A stretch of 64,000 bases of DNA, taken from Calditrichia bacterium (GTDB taxonomy: Bacteria; Calditrichota; Calditrichia; RBG-13-44-9; J075). The DNA lies in assembly GCA_050633245.1 (NCBI GenBank), contig JBOEGD010000020.1:173492-237491 (forward strand). The letters are read 5' to 3'. A program made the translations under genes and the position numbers. The notes under the pieces are model-generated. The model was not told where the DNA came from and made no database searches. It was given only the letters and a program-made list of their open reading frames with translations. Of this stretch, positions 52,336-60,635 are shown piece after piece (the first letter of the stretch is position 1; every line of letters starts with the position of its first letter).

Positions 52336-53238
52336 ATGTTCAACGCAATTCATCAATCCTCACTTAGTAAATTTAAGCCCGTAGTATTTTTTCTCGCCGT
52401 TCTTCTTGTTCTCGTGGGATGTAATAAAGAGTCGGCTATGGAGCCTGCTTCCACGACAGATATTTCAGCTAACCAGGATGCCGCAGAATCTATTGCCAGC
52501 GGTATAGCAGAAGAGACCGGCGGCGTCGTCGATCAGACAGCTGATCTTGCCGAGTTTGCTCAGGCAGACGGTTTTCAGAAAGGCCTCGATAAATTTTCTT
52601 CCAAGAACAGCGTTTCAAGTATTGATACATCGTATGATGCAACATCGGGTGTTTGGACAATAACACTGAATCGCGAGCGTGGCAACCCCAACTCAGGTGC
52701 TTTCTATGCCAGTATTTATCGTCTGTATAATTTACAATTCCTGGATGGTAGTGGTACCCCGCAAAAGTGGTATGATACCAATGGCAGTATTGCCGAGACC
52801 ATCAACTTCGATATTGTAGAAGGTAGTGGACGCCATACGACCTTCCGTTTGTCGCAGCGTCTGAACTTGTTGAACGCAAGTATTGTCGCAACAAACACGC
52901 ACACCGACGAAATTACTTATAACGGTACTTATACTCGTGCGGCAGAAGATACCATTACGACTGCACGTGCTACTCGTACGCTCGACTATACCAAGTCTAT
53001 TGTCCTGACCGATGTCGTTGGCCCACGTAGAATTCGCAATAATTGGTCTCGTGCTGTTAGTGGACAAATCTCCGGAACATACGATGCCACAATCACATTT
53101 ACTCGTGGTGACGCATATTCAGAGCGCACGGTTAGTCGTACAATTGATATCACCCTCGGCGGTGGCAGCGCGGCGATTGATGTAAACGGTGAAACTTATA
53201 TGGCCGACGTTCAGACCGGCGAGCTTCAAGAGAACTAA
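52336..53238 (+). CDS. Hypothetical Thr/Ser-rich beta-structured lipoprotein
   Basis: AGGAG RBS, lipobox LVGC, and its own promoter and terminator. Confidence 0.8.
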   Translation: MFNAIHQSSLSKFKPVVFFLAVLLVLVGCNKESAMEPASTTDISANQDAAESIASGIAEETGGVVDQTADLAEFAQADGFQKGLDKFSSKNSVSSIDTSYDATSGVWTITLNRERGNPNSGAFYASIYRLYNLQFLDGSGTPQKWYDTNGSIAETINFDIVEGSGRHTTFRLSQRLNLLNASIVATNTHTDEITYNGTYTRAAEDTITTARATRTLDYTKSIVLTDVVGPRRIRNNWSRAVSGQISGTYDATITFTRGDAYSERTVSRTIDITLGGGSAAIDVNGETYMADVQTGELQEN

Positions 53239-53294
53239 ACAGAATCCCCCAACCCTCGGCACAACTCTGTTGTGCCGTCACTCTCTACACACGC

Positions 53295-53325
53295 AGCCGG
53301 GTAACGCAAGTTACCCGGCTTTTTT
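53295..53325 (+). terminator. Intrinsic terminator, preceded by a second hairpin at 53257-53277
   Basis: AGCCGGGTAAC-GCAA-GTTACCCGGCT followed by a T-run. Confidence 0.85.
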
Positions 53326-53563
53326 GACGTGTTTCTTTAGTTTAACATTTTTGAGATGTGTAAAACAATGCAAAACGCTGTCTATTATTACATGTCCTCA
53401 AATTCTTTCTGCATGAAGTCTTAGCAAGTATATCGTAAAGCATCTTTGATATCATTCATTTTTATAGTTATCTTAATTTTGTATCCGAGAGAATCCCGGC
53501 ACTATGCTGCTCTATTTTAATGAGTATGTGGGAGCTGTTTGGGCTCAGGGACAATGAACGCTA

Positions 53564-54547
53564 GTGGAAAGCAATATGTCGGTAGAAGGAACACAGTCAA
53601 AGCCGTCGTGGATAAGCAAGACGCTGTCCTGGTTGCGCAAAACGCAGAACCGTGAGTCTGCAAGCCTGACCATTCTGTTTGCAGATATCTGCCAGAGCAC
53701 GCGGCTGTTCGAAAAGTATGGTGATGATCAGGCTCAGCAGATCGTGGCCCAGACCCTTGATATTCTTATCGACCTCGTACGTCGTGCGGACGGTGCGGTT
53801 ATCAAGACGATCGGCGATGAGGTTATGTGTACGTTTCAGGAAGTAAATACTGCTGCCCGTGTTGCTCATACCATGCAACATCTCATAAAATCAAATGTGT
53901 CATTGAAGCGTTATGCTATTTCAATTCGTATCGGAATGCACTATGGCGATGTTGTGTTAGAGAAGAATGATGTGTTTGGCGATGCCGTAAACGTTGCTTC
54001 GCGAATGGCTGGTATGGCCAAAGCCGATCAAATCATTACGTCTGGCAATACGATTGAGCGATTGGATAATGAGCTAAAGGCCAGCACGCGCTTTCTAAGG
54101 CGCGAGCGACCTCGTGGTAAGGAAGAACGCATTGATGTGTGCGAAATTATCTGGCAAGAAGATCGCTCCGATTTAACCGTTACTCTGAATTCTCGTAGGA
54201 ATGATACCACTACCACATCGCTGATTTCTCTGGTATTGCGCTATCGAGATATCGAGATGGGGGTTGACAAAGGACGCCCTACGGTGCGGATTGGCAGGGA
54301 AGAGCAAAACGATTTAATCGTGAATAGCAAGTTGGTCTCGCGTATGCATGCTACAATCGAGTTTCAGAACGGCAAGTTTGTTCTGATCGATAAAAGCCAC
54401 AATGGAACCTATATCTGTACCAGCACGGGCGAATCTCTGTTTGCTCACCGTGAAACGATTCCGCTCTATGGAAAAGGAATTATCAGTCTTGGGCATGATG
54501 TGGATGCAAACGATGAAGATTGGATTTATTATACCTGCGATGTGTAG
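53564..54547 (+). CDS. Class III adenylate/guanylate cyclase with C-terminal FHA domain
   Basis: Cyclase motifs ILFADI, KTIGDEVM and DVFGDAVNVASRM; FHA motifs IGR, VSRMHA and SHNGTY. Confidence 0.9.
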   Translation: MESNMSVEGTQSKPSWISKTLSWLRKTQNRESASLTILFADICQSTRLFEKYGDDQAQQIVAQTLDILIDLVRRADGAVIKTIGDEVMCTFQEVNTAARVAHTMQHLIKSNVSLKRYAISIRIGMHYGDVVLEKNDVFGDAVNVASRMAGMAKADQIITSGNTIERLDNELKASTRFLRRERPRGKEERIDVCEIIWQEDRSDLTVTLNSRRNDTTTTSLISLVLRYRDIEMGVDKGRPTVRIGREEQNDLIVNSKLVSRMHATIEFQNGKFVLIDKSHNGTYICTSTGESLFAHRETIPLYGKGIISLGHDVDANDEDWIYYTCDV

Positions 54548-54623
54548 AGCCTGCCTAACTGCCTGAGCGTTTCTGAAGGCTGTACCTCGGAATAGTGTTG
54601 TAAAACCGTTTACCTGATCCTCG

Positions 54624-56516
54624 TTAGCTTTGCTTCTGAACTTCAATTGAAAAGTCTGCCCGATAACGTGCTATAACTTCCGAATTAACAATGCAGGCAT
54701 TCTCTTCCCGAGAGAATTTATCTTCGTACACGAAATCGATCTGGTTTATCACCTCTGAGTTGATGACCAGCATACCGCCGAAACATAACGTTCCCCAGAC
54801 TCCCGGCGGAGACACTCGACCTTCTTTATCCAATACATAAACAGGCAAACATCCCGATGAAAACCCTCCGGAAAATCGCTTGTTAATCGTCATTGGAAGA
54901 TAGGGATGCCTTGTGACGCGATCTGGTGAAAAACGCGAGATGACCTGATGCTCTATTTTCGCGTTCGGATATAGCTTCTGAAGGTCGGCGGGGTCCGCAT
55001 CATCTGGATCAGAGATGCTGACTAAACGAACCTGACTACTTTCGTTCAGATGGAATTTCTCTTTGTTTAACTCCATAATAGTTGGATTTGGCTGATCTGT
55101 TGGTCGCGTATTTTCCTGGCGTAAAATAAGCACCGATTTTGAAACTAAGGCAGCCAGCGTTGGAATCAAAAGCTGGAGCAAGTTGTTATCGGTATAGCGA
55201 CTACAGACATCATTTTCCTTAAGGTCGATAAACTGTATCCGGCTTGCTATACCCTGCAGCAAACGATCACTCTCGACATAAAGAAAAGCCGGTTGGTTCT
55301 CAGAGCTTGTTGGAATAAGGCAGCCGCCGGATATTTGGGGCGGTTGCGTGCCCGCTGTTTCAATGGTCACGTTGCTATCGCTGCTGCATATAACCTCGAT
55401 AGTTGATTTTTGTCCGAGCACTTCCAATGTTGAGCGCACCGTCTGGTCACCCAATAACAACATTGGCTTTGCAGCTTGAATCTGATTGAGAAGCGTTTTG
55501 GGAAGATCATATGCCGGCAGGGGCAGGATAATATGTCCTGCTCTCAAAACCGCGATTGCATTCACCAGCCATTCTGTATCGCTAAATCCAACGACGCCTA
55601 TGCGTGATTCGCCTGGAAGCTCTTTCGAGTTCAGCAGATGCAAAACTATATTGGTTTTTCGCTTGAACTCTGCAGAACCCATTGCCCCGCTTCCGGAATA
55701 AAGCAATGCGGCATCCTGAAATTCAAACGCCGCTTGAATTTGTTCTGCCAGGGAGCCGTCCTGCGATGTATTGCAGTGCGAATTATTCTCGATTACCAGT
55801 TGATGTTGCTCTTCGGCAGTTAACATTGGAATACTGCCAAGCTCCTGTTCCACATCATCTGAAAAATTGGCAAGCAAGCTTAAGAAATGCACGTTCATTT
55901 GGCGAATAATTGCATGTGAAAAGCGATTGTTATCATAGAGAAACTCTGCACTTATTCCATCGAAGTCGATAACGACCCGCAAGCATATATCTGTTTTCTC
56001 AATTTGTTCTTCAATAATCTGAGGCGATAGCTCCTGCCGTTCTACACGCGTCTTATCTTGCATGAGAAACATGGTATTGAACAACGCTGAGTCCTTGATC
56101 CCCAGCTCTTTTTCCAAGGTGTCCATTGGTAGGTTTTGATGAGAAATTGCTTCGAGAAGAGTCGTTTCTTCCAACGAGAGGAGTTCGGTAGTCGTCATCT
56201 CGGAAGATAGCTGGCTGCGCAGCATCAATAGTGTATTTGTAAAGGTCGCTACTGTTAAGTCGGTAGAGCCGCTATAGCGCATCAGAAAGAGTTTAAATGT
56301 TGCAAGAATTGCAACGAATAATGTGGTATTGCATTCATTAGAGAGCTGCTGTAGTGAATTGCCTACAGCTCGGGGAATCATAAATGGCTTTCGTCCCACT
56401 TTATAGTCTCTTGAGGGATCGGAAGCTTGTTGATCGACGGGTAATGGCAAAAAACCGTTTGTACCAGCAAGTTTCTTTTTCCAATATGATAAATGAACAT
56501 CATGTTCAGTATGCAC
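54624..56516 (-). CDS. NRPS-derived protein: partial condensation domain plus degenerate adenylation domain
   Basis: AAGGAG RBS and GTG start at 56516. LSYWKKKLAG, TTLFVAILATF..RYSG, HQNLP and LFNTMF are C-domain motifs; VYVLD...GTLCFGG is A6-like. Confidence 0.7.
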   Translation of the reverse strand: MHTEHDVHLSYWKKKLAGTNGFLPLPVDQQASDPSRDYKVGRKPFMIPRAVGNSLQQLSNECNTTLFVAILATFKLFLMRYSGSTDLTVATFTNTLLMLRSQLSSEMTTTELLSLEETTLLEAISHQNLPMDTLEKELGIKDSALFNTMFLMQDKTRVERQELSPQIIEEQIEKTDICLRVVIDFDGISAEFLYDNNRFSHAIIRQMNVHFLSLLANFSDDVEQELGSIPMLTAEEQHQLVIENNSHCNTSQDGSLAEQIQAAFEFQDAALLYSGSGAMGSAEFKRKTNIVLHLLNSKELPGESRIGVVGFSDTEWLVNAIAVLRAGHIILPLPAYDLPKTLLNQIQAAKPMLLLGDQTVRSTLEVLGQKSTIEVICSSDSNVTIETAGTQPPQISGGCLIPTSSENQPAFLYVESDRLLQGIASRIQFIDLKENDVCSRYTDNNLLQLLIPTLAALVSKSVLILRQENTRPTDQPNPTIMELNKEKFHLNESSQVRLVSISDPDDADPADLQKLYPNAKIEHQVISRFSPDRVTRHPYLPMTINKRFSGGFSSGCLPVYVLDKEGRVSPPGVWGTLCFGGMLVINSEVINQIDFVYEDKFSREENACIVNSEVIARYRADFSIEVQKQS

Positions 56517-56829
56517 AATTCTTCTCCTTGAATATGTTGCTCGCTTCCTTGCGTGCGTTGTCCTGCATAAAATACGCCGAAGTTTCTGATGGCTTTGGTG
56601 ATGGGAGGACGCAGGTGTGTACAAAGATCGATAGATACGTTTTGGGTGTATCAACCGTAAATAAACCTATCGGTATTTTACTTTTTTCGGTGTGATATAT
56701 TAAGTAATTGAGTATTATTATTTTTAAACTTACCCAAATTGCTTTAGGTCACTCAGTCATCCTGCCACAACATGCTTTTATGGCGAACGAAAGGCTGAAA
56801 TACTACGAAATAATGCGAACGGATGTGTA

Positions 56830-57618
56830 ATGAAACAGTTCTTTTCTTTTCTGCTAACGCTGGCTGTCGGACTGGCATTTTATTATCTCGTCTACCTCCA
56901 GCCGGGCACTGATGATTCGTTGGAAACGCAATTTATGATGGATATTCCCACCATCTTTCGCAGTCCTGGTGGAGACCTGGAGGTTGCTGCTTTTAAGACG
57001 ACCGAGGGATTAAGCCGGACCACGATAGCGAAACTGCCGTTTTCTGATTGGGAGATTCCCGGCACGCGAACAATTACCGAAATTCAGATTCCTGTTACCT
57101 ATCGCTATCATGTACGGATGCGAGAAAACTGGAATATAGAATTAAGAAATGGTGTGTGCCTGGTATCCGCTCCCAAGATGCGTCCTACGTTGCCCCCGGC
57201 TGTTCATACCGATCAGATGCGTATTTACTCAGACGAGGGTCTATTTGCATGGGATGGGCAAGCTGAGCTACAGCGCATGTTTCACGAATTGACACCAACG
57301 TTTGAAGAAAACGCTTCTTCCGATCGCAACCTGGAATTGATTCGCGATGAAGCGCGTGAGACGGTTGCGGAATTTGTGCAGGCCTGGCTGATCGATCGGG
57401 GAGAGTGGAACCGCCAGAACGTTGAAGTTATTACCGTCGTTTTTGCCGGTGAACCGGAATACGATGCGGCGTCGCGCAGACCGACACTCACCTTGCGTAA
57501 TCGCAGCACAAATGAAAACCAGCCATTAAAGAATACGCCTAAAAAGAAAGCTCCCAAAAAGAAGAAAAAAGAAGAGGAGTATATTGACGGTGTTCCGGTG
57601 GGGCCTTTTAAGAAGTAG
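56830..57618 (+). CDS. Membrane-anchored hypothetical protein (DUF4230-like) with Lys-rich tail
   Basis: N-terminal TM, PVTYRYHV and ARETVAEFVQAWL segments; the family call is tentative. Confidence 0.65.
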   Translation: MKQFFSFLLTLAVGLAFYYLVYLQPGTDDSLETQFMMDIPTIFRSPGGDLEVAAFKTTEGLSRTTIAKLPFSDWEIPGTRTITEIQIPVTYRYHVRMRENWNIELRNGVCLVSAPKMRPTLPPAVHTDQMRIYSDEGLFAWDGQAELQRMFHELTPTFEENASSDRNLELIRDEARETVAEFVQAWLIDRGEWNRQNVEVITVVFAGEPEYDAASRRPTLTLRNRSTNENQPLKNTPKKKAPKKKKKEEEYIDGVPVGPFKK

Positions 57619-57819
57619 GCAGGTGTCAGGAGATTGCTTACTATTTGGAGAAAACTATACCAGGAGCCATTTCCAAAAAAAAGAAAATTTACATTCTTTT
57701 GAAAAAATATTCAGAATTCACATAGCCGTGGAGAATGACTAAAAAAGGGCTCCTGGAAATATCCAGACTGGAATTGGGAAGTGCCCCCTCAATTAACCTA
57801 ATTAGTAAAGGACATTACT

Positions 57820-58557
57820 ATGAGAAAAACTTTTTATTCACGGCTATGTTTTTTGTCGATGCTATTGTTCATCTTCGTCGGGTGCTCGGAGGAGGCGAGT
57901 ATAACCGGAACTCAAGATGAAAAGGCAAGTCAGATAGGAACACCACCAATTGCATTGAGCGCGACAACAACTCTTAGTTCCGGAACGAGCTCAGATCTGG
58001 ATTACTACAGTGCTCCCTCTGGGTATAGTATTACTCCAGGAAAGACTGCTAATGATATTGTCGGAATGGCAATTGCACCCTCAACGTCGCGAGTGTATAC
58101 CTGGTATGATGATCGCGAGGTCACTTCTGGAAATACTGCCGATCTGGATAAATTCAATTCGCCCTACGGCTATAGCCTGCCCCCGGGATATGACCCTGAC
58201 GATATCGTTGCGATGGCAATTGCAAAATCAAACTCGCGCGTTTACGTTTGGTATAGTAACGGAAAGGTCAGCTCAGGAACGACCAGCGATCTGGACTATT
58301 ATGCATCCCCCTACACGTATACTCTACCATCAGGTTATACAACCAGCCAGATTGTAGGCGCTGCCATAGCACCAAACGATCGGGTTTATGTTTGGTATAG
58401 CAATTACAATGTTAGCTCTGGGACGACAAGTGATTTGGACTATTATAATTCGCCATATGGCTACAGTGTAGCAGCTGGTGGATATACTACCTCAAATGTT
58501 GTGGGAATGGGAATTGCCCCCTCGAACAGTCGCTGTTATGCCTGGTATAATCAATAA
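57820..58557 (+). CDS. Lipoprotein with four tandem 48-49 aa repeats
   Basis: AAGGA RBS, lipobox FVGC, and repeats starting at 57973, 58120, 58267 and 58411. Confidence 0.8.
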   Translation: MRKTFYSRLCFLSMLLFIFVGCSEEASITGTQDEKASQIGTPPIALSATTTLSSGTSSDLDYYSAPSGYSITPGKTANDIVGMAIAPSTSRVYTWYDDREVTSGNTADLDKFNSPYGYSLPPGYDPDDIVAMAIAKSNSRVYVWYSNGKVSSGTTSDLDYYASPYTYTLPSGYTTSQIVGAAIAPNDRVYVWYSNYNVSSGTTSDLDYYNSPYGYSVAAGGYTTSNVVGMGIAPSNSRCYAWYNQ

Positions 58558-58570
58558 AGAACGGGTGATT

Positions 58571-58633
58571 TGGCGGCAATTGTAGAGTGCTTTTAAATTA
58601 TGCTATAGGTAAAAACACTATACTTTGCCGCCA
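58571..58633. repeat. Long imperfect hairpin between convergent genes
   Basis: TGGCGGCAA..GTAGAGTG.TTTT pairs with AAAAACACTATAC.TTGCCGCCA. Confidence 0.55.
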
Positions 58634-58751
58634 GGTGCCATATAAGACTGGGGTATTAGTTGGGCGAGTGGGCTATAAATTTCACTCAAATTCTTACTTC
58701 AACTTTAATGAGTTGTTTTTCGTCCGCCTTCTGACAACCAAGCGAACTGCC

Positions 58752-59120
58752 TTATACGTATGGCCAAAATACCACCCCCCCAACAATCGCAGCAGTAATT
58801 GCCGCAATCAGAACACCTGCGGCGGCTACATCTTTGGCATGGCCAATTAGCGGATGTTGCTCAAGCGAAACAGCATTGCCTAAAAACTCTATTGCCGTAT
58901 TCAGTGCCTCGGCCATCCATACCAGCCCTATTGCCAAAATCAGAATTAACCATTCTGTCTGATTCACCTGCAAATACCAGCCGAGGACAAGTACCAGAAT
59001 TGATGCAGCAGCGTGAACTCGGCAGTTGTGCTGTGTGGTTATTAGCGTGTAAACTCCCTTAAAGGCAAAGCGGAAACTTCTTATCCGCGCCATTAAAGAA
59101 AAGGGCTCATTTTGCTGCAT
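58752..59120 (-). CDS. dgkA: Prokaryotic diacylglycerol/undecaprenol kinase family protein
   Basis: SFRFAFKG, EALNTAIE and AKDVAAAGVL motifs with three TM segments. Confidence 0.88.
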   Translation of the reverse strand: MQQNEPFSLMARIRSFRFAFKGVYTLITTQHNCRVHAAASILVLVLGWYLQVNQTEWLILILAIGLVWMAEALNTAIEFLGNAVSLEQHPLIGHAKDVAAAGVLIAAITAAIVGGVVFWPYV

Positions 59121-60189
59121 CTGGAATTTGCTCTTGTTTTAATCCGGTATATTCTACAAAAGATTTATCTCCCTTAACCCGACGATATAATTTGGAAAAA
59201 CTCTCCCCAATATTGTTAAAAGAAGGCTCAGGGCGATGAAAGTCAACAATTTCGTTGCTTCCATCCTCTGCTCTGTCGAGAAAAAACTGAAATACATACT
59301 GGCCTTCAGTGGAGGTCCAGGCATCCGATCTGCCGAAGCGCAGATCGGATAGAATCAGCTCATCATTCTCTTTCCGTACTGTATAGAAACCATGTGAAAA
59401 CCACAGCAGGCGTTTCACCGGAAGGTCATTGAGGTTTTTCGCGATCAGGTCAGTGTTTTTTGGGACACGATGAAACGTAATATCTTTATCGCTATCCAGA
59501 AAGGAATAATTACCGATCCAAACACTGTCTTCATTTGCTGCTGCTCCCATCCACATAATGGTATTAAGAGGAGACGCCGTAGTCATAATCTGACTATAGG
59601 GAATGTTTTGCTGCTGCAATGCCGTTTCGAAATTCGACTGTGCTTTAATCCGCAACGTACTCGCGAGTAGCAAATACGATGTACTGATTGCCAACAATGT
59701 CGCCACAATCTTAAAGCGCTGTGGATTATTGCGTTGCAAACGCAGGATTAGTATCAAGCCTGCCAGCAGCGGCAGGGTATAAAGCGGATCGATAATAAAT
59801 ATTGCGCCCGTGCCGAACAGCTCGTCTGAAAAGGGGTTTAGAAACTGCGTTCCGTAGATCGTAAACATATCCAGAAGCGGGTGCGTCAGCAGCGCCCAAT
59901 ACATCAGCCACCCCCACTCCCGCCAGGATGCTTCCGGTTTTTTGCGGTAGAGCTTAGCGATTAGCCATCCGAAAAGGGGGGCAAAAAGAAGCGAAAAAAA
60001 TACGGAATGGGTAAAGCCACGATGGATTACCAGCATGTTCACATCGGAAGCAAAGGGGGTCGCTAAAACATCCAGATCCGGAATAGTTCCACCGATTGCT
60101 CCCCAGAGTAACGCTTTATTGCCGACTTTTCGTCCTAATACAACTTCACCTACCGCTGCTCCGAGTGCTATTTGAGTAATTGTATCCAT
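59107..60189 (-). CDS. YdjM-like inner-membrane metal-dependent hydrolase
   Basis: MDTITQ, IPDLD, HRGFTHS, HPLLD..T.YGT, IFIIDP and DLRFG motifs. Confidence 0.88.
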   Translation of the reverse strand: MDTITQIALGAAVGEVVLGRKVGNKALLWGAIGGTIPDLDVLATPFASDVNMLVIHRGFTHSVFFSLLFAPLFGWLIAKLYRKKPEASWREWGWLMYWALLTHPLLDMFTIYGTQFLNPFSDELFGTGAIFIIDPLYTLPLLAGLILILRLQRNNPQRFKIVATLLAISTSYLLLASTLRIKAQSNFETALQQQNIPYSQIMTTASPLNTIMWMGAAANEDSVWIGNYSFLDSDKDITFHRVPKNTDLIAKNLNDLPVKRLLWFSHGFYTVRKENDELILSDLRFGRSDAWTSTEGQYVFQFFLDRAEDGSNEIVDFHRPEPSFNNIGESFSKLYRRVKGDKSFVEYTGLKQEQIPDAAK

Positions 60190-60329
60190 ATATAGTTGTT
60201 TCCAGAGTGATCAATAATGTGGTCAATGCTATAATGTAACCAGTCGGCTCGTCATATTTTATTGCAGCAAGTTAGAAAGCATTTGATGAATTGAAAAGCG
60301 AAGAGTTACACATTTTACAAGGCGTGACC

Positions 60330-60440
60330 ACAATAAATGAGCCGGTGACCCAGGATCGGTCACCGGCTCCACCCTAACTATCCTCTATGAGGAAGTTTGT
60401 TGATCGGCATGTCTGCACGATCGTCTAGATAATGCCCCTA
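60330..60440 (-). ncRNA. Candidate structured small RNA or leader ending in a terminator-like hairpin
   Basis: Three hairpins (60402-60422, 60381-60393 and a 12-bp stem at 60339-60369) lie downstream of a sigma28-like promoter. Confidence 0.35.
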
Positions 60441-60446
60441 CAGTAA

Positions 60447-60473
60447 CTATCGGCAAAATCCTTCAGAGCTTTT
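60447..60473 (-). promoter_or_regulatory. Sigma28-like promoter
   Basis: Minus strand reads AAAA-N15-GCCGATAG. Confidence 0.4.
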
Positions 60474-60509
60474 GTTATTTTGTCCGGTTTTTTAGACGAA
60501 ATCCGACAT

Positions 60510-60566
60510 TTTTACCATTGCTGCAACAATCTCGTAATACAACTGTAACGTACTGCTAGCTAGCTT
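60510..60566 (+). promoter_or_regulatory. Pho-box-like direct repeats and -10 element
   Basis: CTGCAAC (60521), TCGTAAT (60532) and CTGTAAC (60543) recur at an 11-nt period, with TAGCTT at 60561. Confidence 0.6.
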
Positions 60567-60635
60567 CCTCTGTTTTGAAATAAGACTGTTAATGATTTCA
60601 AGAAGTTTTACTCATACATGATTATTGGAGGATTT

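Noticed and set aside
53497-53512. CGGCAC...TGC sigma54-like site before the cyclase
   Set aside because: The GG-to-GC spacing is one base short of the strict -24/-12 requirement.
57660-57756. 9-bp inverted repeat CCAGGAGCC/GGCTCCTGG as a possible MITE
   Set aside because: It is too short, with no target-site duplication and no second copy in the window.
57973-58557. 147-nt periodic DNA as a CRISPR array or tandem repeat
   Set aside because: The units are degenerate, in frame and protein-coding, with no identical repeats separated by unique spacers.
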